From an uncultured Acidimicrobiia bacterium (lineage in GTDB: Bacteria > Acidobacteriota > Terriglobia > Versatilivoradales > Versatilivoraceae), in contig CAWBAT010000009.1 in the NCBI GenBank assembly GCA_963786955.1, forward strand, positions 340,584-404,583: a stretch of DNA of 64,000 nt, written 5' to 3'. Numbering within the stretch: position 1 is the first letter of the stretch; every line of letters begins with the position of its first letter. The notes beneath the pieces are model-generated. The model was not told the DNA's origin. It saw only the letters and a list, made by a program, of their open reading frames with translations, and did not search any database. A program made the position numbers and the translations under genes. This document shows, piece by piece, positions 53,682 to 64,000 of the stretch.

Positions 53682-54198
53682 TTAATTGCCCAAAAAAGAC
53701 CCCATTCGATCAACTTCCCATGAGCGATTTCATGGAAGCGCGTTCCATGACGATAAGGCAGCCATTCTTAAAGTGTCTTGCCCCCATGCGCTCATAGAAA
53801 TCTATGCCAATTGGTTCCAGTCCAGGACCATCCATTCCATCCTTCCGCAATTGCGGTGGTAAGCTTCTTGAACGCAATGCTTAAATAGTTCGGTACCCAC
53901 ACCGCACTTTCGATATTCCGGAAGAACAAAAATATCTTCCAGGAACAGCGTCGGAAGCGCCAGAAAAGAAGAGTACGTCTCCAGTGTAATCGCATACCCT
54001 ACAATCTTGTCTGAGATCTGGGCCAGAAACACATCGAAACGCGGCTGCGAGCCGAAAGCGTCTTTTATGAGTCTTTCCCGTGCATCGCCATCGGGTGGCT
54101 GAAGTTTTTCATAGAAAGCCAGCGCATCAATTAACTCCAGCCAAGCGGATCCGTCTTCAGCGATGGCGCGGCGAATAGCGATTTTGATAATGACTCAA
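53682..54198 (-). CDS. GNAT-family N-acetyltransferase (diamine acetyltransferase-like); frameshifted, ends approximate
   Basis: IRRA, ALAFYEKL, YSSF...LFLEDIFVLPEYRKCGVG, CGRMEWMVLDWN. Confidence 0.85.
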
Positions 54199-54300
54199 TA
54201 AAAACCTCCTTCTCATTCCAGCTGGGATAAAATATACTCATTTTCGAGATTTCGATTTTAAAATAGTCGCTTGCTTTTGTCTGACTGGCTTATCGTTGTC

Positions 54301-55197
<897 letters not shown>

Positions 55198-55374
55198 TCA
55201 CCCCCTTAAAGGCATTGATCCATTCCTTGATTTCATGCTATTTTCTAGCACGCAATGAATATCTCACTAGTTGCACATTCTGTTAATTCAGGGTTCCCCA
55301 TTCGAAGGGTACCCGTTTGGCCGTGTCCTGCAGAACAATCTTCCGGGCTAGTTGCGTGACATGGAGAGGAAATT

Positions 55375-55845
55375 ATGGCGATCCATTCCGTTCAGGAAAC
55401 CTTCGAACAAGGGATCGAGTATCTTAAACGGAATCGGATTCAGGAAGCCTCAAACGCGTTTCGCAAGGCAATCAAAACCGAATCCTGACAACCCTCTGTT
55501 CCTGTCTTATTACGGGCTTATTTTGGCTCTTGGAGAACAAAATTTTCAAGATGCCATCAATTTCTGCCGGGCAGCACTCTTGAAAGCCGCATACGAACCT
55601 GAACTCTATGTCAATCTCTGCAAGTATATTCAAAAGCGGGACAGCGCAAGAAGGCCCTGGAAACACTACTGGAAGGACTTCATTATGACGAAGGAAATCC
55701 ATTGCTCATGCAAGAAATGAGACGGATGGGATGCAGAAGAAAGCCTATATTCGCGTTTCTTTCTCGCGATCATTTCCTGAACAAGACCTTGGGACGATTG
55801 ACTCACCAACTAATCCGAAATGGCCGCTTGAAAAGAAGCCATTAG
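55375..55845 (+). CDS. Small TPR protein; frameshifted
   Basis: RBS then MAIHSVQETFEQGIEYL, LSYYGL, ELYVNL, MG.RRKP.F.FLSRDHFLNK.LG. Confidence 0.7.
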
Positions 55846-55876
55846 ACCGTCGGGTTAAAAATACTTTCCTTTGAAC

Positions 55877-56369
55877 TTATTTCTTGCGGATCTTCTCTTT
55901 GAGTTTCTCCTCAACTAACGCTGGCACCAGCCCGTCTACCGATCCTCCTAATTTGAAGACTTCCCTGAACCAGTCGGGAACTGAGGTAACTGTAGGCTTC
56001 CGCTGCCATCATGAAAACTGTTTCGAGGCGGGATTCCAAGCGCCGATTCATCAGCGCCATTTGGAGTTCATATTCATAATCTGAGACGGCACGTATTCCA
56101 CGGACAATTACCTGAGCCTGTTGTTTCATGGCATATTTGACGAGCAGCCCATCGAATATATCCACTCGTACATTTGGAAACCGGTGGTTGAGTATGGTGC
56201 GGGTCATGCTTACACGCTCTTCGACCGTAAAAAGGGGTTCTTTATCCAAATTGACGAGAATGGCCACGATCACTTCATCGAAAAGCTTTGCGCTCCTTTC
56301 GATGATGTCGAGATGACCATTGGTGAGTGGATCAAATGAGCCTGGGTAAATCGCTGTCGTTTTTCTCAT
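55877..56369 (-). CDS. coaD: Phosphopantetheine adenylyltransferase; frameshift near the 3' end
   Basis: YPGSFDPLTNGHLDI, RGIRAVSDYEYE, YLSSRLV. Confidence 0.96.
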
Positions 56370-56926
56370 ATGCGATAAAAACTCAAAATACTGTCTCCTT
56401 GTTTGAGCTCACGAAACCGGGCCAACTGACCAAACTGTTCCTTCAAATGTAATCGGCATGAATGTTCAGCGATCACATCGCCCTCTCGGACAGCAAATGA
56501 CATGTCCTGAAGTTGCTCAAAAAAACTGGGATATTCATTCCCCGGCCGCATAGGGGGGATCGAAGTATACAATATCAAACTTTCTGGGCAATTGACTCAG
56601 CCTTTTTAAAGCGCGTTCTGCGGTCAACCAAGCAAGAGGAAATCCATTTCAGTTAGACTTTTCAGATTGCATCAAATTTTCCAGAATGATCTTCCCGGCT
56701 TGGGGCGAGGACTCAATAAAAACCGCAAATTCCGCTCCTCTGCTCAGGGCTTCGATCCCGATATTGCCGCTTCCAGCATAAGCGTCAAGAAAAACGCCCC
56801 TTGAATCCGGTCCTGCATTACATTGAACAAAGTCTCTTTAAGCCGATCGGAGGTTGGCCTTGTAGTTGTCCCCTCCAAAGTCCTGAGCTTCCTGTTCTTG
56901 AATTTCCCTGCAATGACTCGAACCAT
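56366..56926 (-). CDS. rsmD: 16S rRNA m2G966 methyltransferase; frameshifted
   Basis: [49 protein letters not shown]; adjacent to coaD. Confidence 0.92.
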
Positions 56927-57107
56927 CTCAAAGTGCCGATTGACAAATCCCGAGTGCCGAATGAATTCTCTATTTCTCTATGAATCGTTCCACCTGTTTC
57001 CTTCTTCTTTTGTTCCTTTCTAAGTGTTGGAATTAACAGTGTCTTCATCAATGGGCGTCGATCGTTAATGCTCGAGATTCGTCATTCGTCGGGCCGATGC
57101 TCTGGAA

Positions 57108-59222
57108 TTATCCGACGGCAACCAACCCATACCGTCTCTGCCAATTGGCCTTCACGTAAGCAACCAAGGCCCTGACTTCCTCCTCGGAAGATGGATTCTG
57201 GAGGCAATTGAAAGCCTCCTCGTCTGGCATTTTCAAGAATTTCCCGGTCTCGCAAGAGATTGGCGATTCGAAGAGTCGGCACGCCCGATTGTCTTGTCCC
57301 GAAGAACTCCCCCGGGCCGCGAATTTCCAGGTCTTTCTCGGCGATTTTGAAACCATCGGTATTTTCAACCATGCAACGCAATCGCTCTTCGGCTTCATTC
57401 GCTGAGTTTTTTCCCTTTGATCAGAAGACATGTGGAGGAAGCGCTCCCTCGTCCTATTCTACCTCGCAACTGATGCAATTGGGACAGACCGAAGCGTTCG
57501 GCATGTTCTATCATCATGACTGTCGCATTGGGCACATCTACCCCAACCTCAACCACAGTCGTGGAGACAAGAATTTGGGTTTTCCCCATTTGAAAGAATT
57601 TCATCACCCTCTCTTTTTCCTCACTCTTCATCCTCCCATGCAACAGGTCGACATTGAATTGGGGGAACACATCCTTCTTCAGGTGCTCGAAAGTCTTTTG
57701 AGCCGCTTTCAAGTCGAGTTTTTCGGATTCCTCAATGATCGGACAAACCACATACGCTTGACGCTTTTGTTTGAGTTCTTCCCGAATCATGGTGTAGGCT
57801 GAGTCCCGATCCTGCCCACTGATCAGGCAAGTAATGATCGGTGAACGATGAGGTGGCAACTCATCAATAGCAGAAACATCCAGATCCCCATAAAGGGTTA
57901 AGGCCAGCGTCCTGGGGATTGGGCGTCGCTGTCATGACCAGCGTATGGGGGTAGATACCTTTCTTCATGAAGTCATATCGTTGCATGACTCCGAATCGGT
58001 GTTGTTCGTCAATGATCACCAACCCCAACTTCTTGAACTCAACGTCCGGTTCCAAAATGGCGTGGGTCCCGATAAGAATTTGGATTTCGCCGTTGGAGAG
58101 GCACTCCAGAAGATTAGCTCTTTCCGCTTTCTTAAGGCCACTCTTGAGAAGTCCGATCTTATATCCAGTCTTGGAATAGATTCGCCTGGAATTGAAGAAA
58201 TGCTGTTCTGCGAGGATTTCGGTGGGAACCATCAATCCGACCTGATAGCCATTCACAATCGCAATCGATGCCGCTTCCAAGGCCACGATCGTTTTGCCAC
58301 ATCCGACGTCTCCTTGAAGTAATCGTTTCATTGGAGAAGGGCAGGCAGAGATCTTCAGCAATTTCCTTCAAAACTCGTTTCTGAGCGGTGGTGGGATGGA
58401 AGGGGAGAAGTTTCTTGAGTTCTTCCCGTACCGGGGGACCGATCTGAAAAGGATATCCCGGTAACGTTTTCGATTTCCGCCTTTTCAGAGCCAATCCCAG
58501 CTCCAAATAGAAGAATTCCTCGAAAATAAGCCTCTTTTGAGAAGGTGGCGGAAGTGCTGCAATTGCTCGAATTCGGCATTCAGAGGAGGGAAATGAGCTT
58601 CGGTAAAAGCTGTCTTTCGATCCGGTAGCTGATACTTCGAAAGAACCGTGGCCGGTAGAAAGTCATCCACCGTCTCGAGTTGCTGAACCAATCCGTACAT
58701 CATTCGGCGGATCATGCGGGCACTGCATCCTCTAATCGCCTCATAGATGGGAACAATTCGGCCCATGTCGCCGGACTTGTCTTCAACGGATTTCTGAGTC
58801 GAGGATTTCAAATTCCGGGTTGATGATCTGGAGATTCCCCGTACCATAAGGGATCTACTTCGAACTTTCCATACAGAATCACATTCTGCCCCTGCTTGAA
58901 AATCTTTCTTCTGTCGAGATACTCGGAATGAAACCATTTACATCGGATGATCCCGCTGGAGTCACGAGCTGCCAAATCGAAAATCCGCATGCGAGATTTG
59001 CGCGTAATGGTCAACCCACAGGTTAACACTTCAACCAGAATCGTCGCCCGCTCGCCAGGAAATGACATCTTTTACCTTCTTAAAATGAGTTCTGTCTTCG
59101 TATCGATAGGGGAGGTTGTAAAGCAGATCTTCAACTAGAAAGAGATTCCTGGTAGCAAGGTCTTCGGCCCTTTTGGGGCCAATCCCTTTCACATACTGGA
59201 CGGGGGTTCGTAAATCTAACAT
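57108..59222 (-). CDS. recG: ATP-dependent DNA helicase RecG; many frameshifts
   Basis: VKGIGPKRA, PYRYEDR, RLLQGDVGCGKT, PTEILAEQH, IIDEQHRFGV, MTATP, AERFGLSQLHQLRGRIGRG, DLEIRGPGEFFG. Confidence 0.96.
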
Positions 59223-59341
59223 GAGGATGCGCGCTACTCCCCTGCGCCTGCGTGGTCGTGGTAAGGCAGAGTCGGTTTTCGACTTTCCGGCTCAAGATAG
59301 GTTAACTTAGTACTGCTTTTCATAAATACGGTAACGTTAAC

Positions 59342-59395
59342 GCCGGGTCGGTGACCCGGCCTACAACTTTGTAGGCCGCGTGACCCCTCGCGGCC
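59342..59395. repeat. Back-to-back pair of GTAG REP-like hairpins
   Basis: GCCGGGTC-GGT-GACCCGGC-CTAC (59342-59364), AACTTT, GTAG-GCCGCG-TGACCCCT-CGCGGC-C (59371-59395). Confidence 0.7.
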
Positions 59396-59528
59396 CTATC
59401 TTAAGATACGTCACCGCAATTACGAATAGCAGTACTTAGGCTCCCACGATTGAATGCCGCAGACCCAAAATCCAGGATGGTACTCCAGGGCTAAAAAATC
59501 CTCTGAAGAAGTTAGAGATGACGTTGTA

Positions 59529-60651
59529 TTAACCTGCCTGGATTGGAGCCCGTTTCCCGGCATCCCGCCGCGAAACCAGATAGGCTTTGATAAAGGGGTC
59601 GAGGCCTCCGTCGAGAACGCGGTCCACGTCGCCAATTTCGACCTTCGTTCGATGATCCTTTGCGAGTCGATAGGGGTGCAGCACATAAGACCGAATTTGA
59701 CTGCCCCACGCGATATCCATTTTGGAATCTTCAATGACTTTCGTCTCAGCTCGCTTCTTCTCGATCTCCAGCTCGTAGAGGCGAGAACGAAGCATTTTCA
59801 TCGCCGTCGACCGGTTTTTATGCTGTGAGCGCTCGTTTTGGCACTGAACCACAATATTGGTTGGCAAGTGGGTGATGCGAACAGCGGAGTCGGTCGTATT
59901 GATGTGCTGCCCGCCCGCGCCGGTCGATCGATACGTATCAATTCGCAGATCTTTCTCTTCAATCACGATGTCAATGTTTTCATCAATTTCAGGGTAGACA
60001 AACACGGAAGCAAAGGAAGTGTGGCGACGCTTGTTGGCATCGAAAGGAGAAATACGGACGAGGCGGTGAACGCCAATCTCGGACATAAGAAGTCCATAAG
60101 CGTTTTGTCCTTTAACCAGAAACGTGACCGATTTGACACCGGCTTCTTCTCCTGCCTGATAGTCCATCATCTCAGTAGGAAACCCGTGCGCTTCCGCCCA
60201 GCGCAAATACATGCGTAAGAGCATTTCGGCCCAATCCTGAGATTCTGTTCCTCCGGCTCCCGGGTGAATCGTGATGAAGGATTGCATTGGGCGTTGTCAC
60301 CGCTCAGTAGAGTGGCTGTTTCAATAGCGGTCAATTCTTCTTCGATCCTTTTGAGCTCCAGTCGAATTTCCGAATTGACTTCTTCGCCTTCAGCCCCAAG
60401 CTCAAAATAGGCCTGCAGATCTCCAATCTCCCGGCTCAACTTCTTGTCAAGATCCAAATCATTCTCCAACTTCTTGCGACGTTGCAAAACCTTCTGGGAC
60501 TGGGCAGGATCATTCCAGAATTTCGGATCAGCAGACAAGCGGTTCTAGTTGGTCCAGTTCTTTCTTCTTCCCCTCCGGGTCAAAGATAACTCCTGATATC
60601 CTGGATTCGACGTTTCAAATCCTGAAATTCGCGACTCAATTCCTCTAACAT
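59529..60651 (-). CDS. prfB: Peptide chain release factor 2
   Basis: MLEELSREF...RSYL then +1 shift; [33 protein letters not shown]. Additional indels are probably sequencing errors. Confidence 0.97.
60579..60594 (-). promoter_or_regulatory. prfB programmed +1 ribosomal frameshift site
   Basis: Minus strand AGGAG-TTAT-CTT-TGA-C: internal Shine-Dalgarno plus CTTTGAC after codon 23, the canonical RF2 autoregulatory signal. Confidence 0.93.
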
Positions 60652-60813
60652 CTTTTCTCCTCAACAATCATGATAGACCCTCAGCCAGGGGAGCAGGTGT
60701 AGACGAGGGGCATCTTAACATAAACCCGTGAAAACCTTTACTGGATGTTCGCTTGTCTTGGATGGATGGGTGTGCCAATATCATTCACGGAAATAGATCA
60801 TCCCTCTAACACT

Positions 60814-62055
60814 ATGAGCCCCGCCAAAACTTCCCCAGTAGTCTTGCTTTTTTTCCTGAATAGCTTGATTCCTTCCCTTGCCTCTGACCGTTTTGGGGCT
60901 GAAATGATCGTAGATGGAACTTTCTTCCGCGTCCACCAGAGCGAAACACCTTATTTGGACTCTGGCTCAGAGCGGTTCTTCAACGGCCGGGGAATTCTTC
61001 GGGCTTCATTCAATATCAACTCCTATCTTTCCCTTTTCTACGAAGGCCGCTACGATCAACTGGAGCCTCTCAACCATCGAAATGTCCTGGAGGGGCACGG
61101 TTATGGCTACCCCGTTTTGCAGAGTTTTTTGCGTTATTCCACGAAACTGCCGACCGGACTTACTCTCCAATTCGGTAAATTCGGGTCCCCTTTTGGACAT
61201 TATTTGACCGAAGATTACCCGAATCTGAATCCCCTCATCACCGCCCCCTTGCTATATACTCATGCGGGAACTATTCGTTCTGACCGAATTCCTCTGGATG
61301 CTTATGATCTAATTCGTTGGCAGTACTACAACACAACGACCTACTATCCTTATTCCCGTCAATATGATGGGCAGCCGATACTCAATTACCCTTATCCCAC
61401 CGGGGTTATGGCTTACGGCGATTGGGCCAAGCTGGATTATCGCTTCGCTGCTGTCAACAGTTCCCTGGCCAATCCACTCAATCTTGGAAATCCCGGACAA
61501 CATCTTCAATGGATCGCAGGTGGAGGTTATTCGCCGTTTTCAAGGCTACGAATAGGAACGTCACTCGCTAGGGGCCCTTATCTCGATGCTTCCGTCCAAT
61601 CTTCGCTTCCGGCTGGAACTCGGATCAGCGATTTCAAGCAGAGCGCCTTGGGTTTTGATCTTCAATTTTCTATCAATCATCTCGAGATTCAGTCCGAGCT
61701 GGTTTTCAACTCGTTTCAAGTTCCTAACATTTATAAGTCGCTGGGAACAACCGGGTATTACATTCAATTAAAACAGACCTTGAGCCCAAGGATTTATGTA
61801 GCCGTTCGGTGGGATCAGCTGATCTCTGACCAGATTACGACTTACTATTACGATTATTATGACTCATCCTATAGGTTTGACAGCAATGTGAATAGCCTCG
61901 AGGTTGCTTTGGGGATCAGAATCACGGAAAAAATGCTCCTCAAGACTGCCTACCAATATCGCCCTACGAACGGGATTTACTCCTATCGAGAGAATAATGT
62001 GGGGATGCAATTGGTTTACTCCTTCGATGTCAAGAAATTATTCAGGATTCCTTAG
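60814..62055 (+). CDS. Putative outer-membrane beta-barrel (porin-like) protein
   Basis: Intact ORF with signal peptide, Tyr/Gly/Phe-rich alternating strands (LQFGKFGSPFG, GYYIQLKQ, LLKTAYQ, GMQLVYSF). Confidence 0.7.
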   Translation: MSPAKTSPVVLLFFLNSLIPSLASDRFGAEMIVDGTFFRVHQSETPYLDSGSERFFNGRGILRASFNINSYLSLFYEGRYDQLEPLNHRNVLEGHGYGYPVLQSFLRYSTKLPTGLTLQFGKFGSPFGHYLTEDYPNLNPLITAPLLYTHAGTIRSDRIPLDAYDLIRWQYYNTTTYYPYSRQYDGQPILNYPYPTGVMAYGDWAKLDYRFAAVNSSLANPLNLGNPGQHLQWIAGGGYSPFSRLRIGTSLARGPYLDASVQSSLPAGTRISDFKQSALGFDLQFSINHLEIQSELVFNSFQVPNIYKSLGTTGYYIQLKQTLSPRIYVAVRWDQLISDQITTYYYDYYDSSYRFDSNVNSLEVALGIRITEKMLLKTAYQYRPTNGIYSYRENNVGMQLVYSFDVKKLFRIP

Positions 62056-62154
62056 CGAGTCGAGAGGGAGATGAAAAGTTTGAAAGGTCTTTGCTGGTTT
62101 CTTTTGTTTGATCCATTGCCAACACATTCTGCCTTAATTGTAGGAAAGGACTCG

Positions 62155-62946
62155 ATGACCCTGCCCCGCATAGGCTGGCTTGAGCCCCCGGCTTTGAGGC
62201 CCCGGGTCATTCTCATTGGAATCATGATGTTGCAGCTGTTTCTCTTCACACCCCCAGTTTTTAGACTCTTGACACTTGGACGCGAGGGCGTTGTTTCCCT
62301 GGCTCCAAAGAATGAACACGTCAATGGTGCGATTAAGGGAACCGTCAGAATCGAGAGCAAAATCCCGTCAAAGAGTTTCCCCCTGAATTTTTATTCCCGA
62401 AAGGGGACATCCGTGAACAGGAATCAACCAACGGTCCCCGTAAACGAGCTCGAAAACGTGGTGATCTACCTTGAAGAAACTGTTCAGGCAAAAGACAAAA
62501 CCCTGACGATGCCACAAACCTCAGGCGAATCACAACCTGCGATCCGGCAGTTGAACGAACTTTTCAGCCCTCATGTTCTCCCGATTGTGGTGGGAACTGT
62601 GGTCCAATTTCCGAACGAGGACCCATTCTTTCACAACGTTTTCTCTCTTTCAGGCACGAAAAGTTTCGACCTGGGAAGGTACCCGAAAGGGCACACACGC
62701 TCCGTGAAATTTGATCGTCCTGGTATTGTGAAAGTCTTTTGTCACATCCATTCTCATATGAATGCAGTGATTCTGGTTTTTGATCACCCTTATTTTTGCA
62801 TTCCTCTGGTCAATGGGAATTTCGTAATTGATGACATCCCTCCTGGACGATACACGCTAGTGGTCTGGCATGAGCGCCTCAAGCCATACAAGCAAGGTGT
62901 TTCTATCCAGCCGGGAACTCAGCTCTCGCTTGATCTCGTTTTATGA
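62155..62946 (+). CDS. Exported cupredoxin-fold protein embedded in a carboxypeptidase-regulatory-like beta sandwich
   Basis: VVIYL, FSPHVLPIVVGTVVQFPNEDPFFHNVFS, FDLGRY, FDRPGIVKVFCHIHSHM, IDDIPPGRYTLVVWHE. Confidence 0.85.
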   Translation: MTLPRIGWLEPPALRPRVILIGIMMLQLFLFTPPVFRLLTLGREGVVSLAPKNEHVNGAIKGTVRIESKIPSKSFPLNFYSRKGTSVNRNQPTVPVNELENVVIYLEETVQAKDKTLTMPQTSGESQPAIRQLNELFSPHVLPIVVGTVVQFPNEDPFFHNVFSLSGTKSFDLGRYPKGHTRSVKFDRPGIVKVFCHIHSHMNAVILVFDHPYFCIPLVNGNFVIDDIPPGRYTLVVWHERLKPYKQGVSIQPGTQLSLDLVL

Positions 62947-64000
62947 CGCCCTATAAACTGAGAACAAAGATTATTCTCTTCACGAGTTTCTTGGTTTTCG
63001 CCCTCGTTTCAGGTTCCTTTCTGCTCATTAACCAAGTCGTCAAAAGACAAGTCCGAGACCGTTTGGTTCATGACCTGGAGCGATCCCAGCACGCCTTGGA
63101 GCAGAACCAGAAAGACCTGCTGAGACAAATGGTTGCGTATTCCATCATCGCAGCTGAAAACTCGACTCTAAAAGCTGCCATCGAAACCTATCAAACGGAG
63201 CTCCGGAATCGCATTCCGATCGCCAAACAATTAAAACGAACAGTTGAAAACGAAACAGCGAAACTTTTTTCCATTCTGACCGCTGACCTAGTGATCGTGA
63301 CAGACAATGACGGAGAGGTTTTGGCGATTGAAGGAATTCCAACCCGATCGGAAGAAATGAAGCTAAATCTCTCGACCGAACGCTCTGTCATGAACTGTTT
63401 GGGTCAGAACCCTGTCGACTTCGTACAGGCTGCCGGAATCTGGCAGTTTCAGGATAAGACCTTTCGGATTGTTTCGGTTCCCATCTTGCTCCAAGACATC
63501 GTGGTTGGCACGCTGAGTACCGGTTTCGAGATCAGCCCCGCCTTCGTGCAATCCATTAAAGCGAACACCAACAGCGATGTGGTCTTTGTCTCAAATGGCC
63601 GGATTATTGCCTCAACCCTGACACCTCCTGAAAATGAAGTCTTGTTGCGGCGGCTCGAACCCCGCCCTTCCTCCAGAAAGAATAAGCCTGGACCCGATCA
63701 GGCCGAGGCGACTCTGGGCGGTGAGACCTATTTGACCTTGAGATTTGGAGATGAGAAAGGGGCCGATAATTTCTTCTTCATTCTCAATTCCATTGATCGG
63801 AACATGAAAGAAATCATGAATCCCGTCAAGCTCACACTCATTCTGATCGGCGTGTTCTCTATTTTGATTTCCATGCTCCTCGGCCTGGCTTTGAGCCAGT
63901 CAATTACAAGACCCTTGATGAACTTCGTGAATTTCATGGGGGGCATCACGCGAACGGGAGAACTGCTACAAAAGTTTAACCCTCGGAAACCCAACTTTGA
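62943..64000 (+). CDS. Membrane sensor protein: TM - Cache-like periplasmic domain - TM - HAMP (output domain beyond the window)
   Basis: ATGA overlap with the upstream stop. MTPYKLRTKIILFTSFLVFALVSGSFLLI, AENSTLKAAI, DLVIVTDNDGEVLA, VSVPI..VGTLSTGF, second TM then SITRPL. Open to the window end, so absent from the ORF track. Confidence 0.85.
   Translation, partial: MTPYKLRTKIILFTSFLVFALVSGSFLLINQVVKRQVRDRLVHDLERSQHALEQNQKDLLRQMVAYSIIAAENSTLKAAIETYQTELRNRIPIAKQLKRTVENETAKLFSILTADLVIVTDNDGEVLAIEGIPTRSEEMKLNLSTERSVMNCLGQNPVDFVQAAGIWQFQDKTFRIVSVPILLQDIVVGTLSTGFEISPAFVQSIKANTNSDVVFVSNGRIIASTLTPPENEVLLRRLEPRPSSRKNKPGPDQAEATLGGETYLTLRFGDEKGADNFFFILNSIDRNMKEIMNPVKLTLILIGVFSILISMLLGLALSQSITRPLMNFVNFMGGITRTGELLQKFNPRKPNF

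Overview
Bacterial chromosomal window of roughly 50% GC. Acidobacteriota is likely, but this is an inference from the Pal with an Ig-like insert, the fused E2-E1 oxoglutarate dehydrogenase, the style of the PilZ proteins and an atypical parAB pair. Many genes, including essential ones (coaD, parA, miaB, recG, prfB, tol-pal), are broken by single-base indels. These look like uncorrected long-read errors, so the calls below are reconstructed across frames and some boundaries are approximate. Core content: 3' part of a CusA-type Cu/Ag RND pump, YjhG/YagF dehydratase, TPR-nfeD-slipin-SPOR-lnt, mazG, peptide-binding protein, M3 oligopeptidase, K+ channel and MscK-like channel, kgd/sucA fusion, CorC/HlyC, DAACS and MFS transporters, ferritin-like protein, parAB, miaB, recN, tolQRAB-pal-cpoB-ssb, ispA, coaD, rsmD, recG and prfB with its programmed +1 frameshift. 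I saw no rRNA, tRNA, CRISPR array, integrase or transposase. Best candidates for undescribed biology: (1) an orphan, GC-rich TPR-BON-secretin fusion; (2) a tandem pair of paralogous helical proteins of an unrecognised family, hidden by frameshifts and preceded by IHF and sigma54-like signals; (3) a beta-barrel + cupredoxin + Cache/HAMP sensor cassette; (4) CusA followed by a Cys-rich NosL-like protein and a duplicated HxHx4C protein; (5) a Hanks-type pseudokinase operon with zinc-ribbon partners; (6) several families of GTAG REP/REPIN elements.
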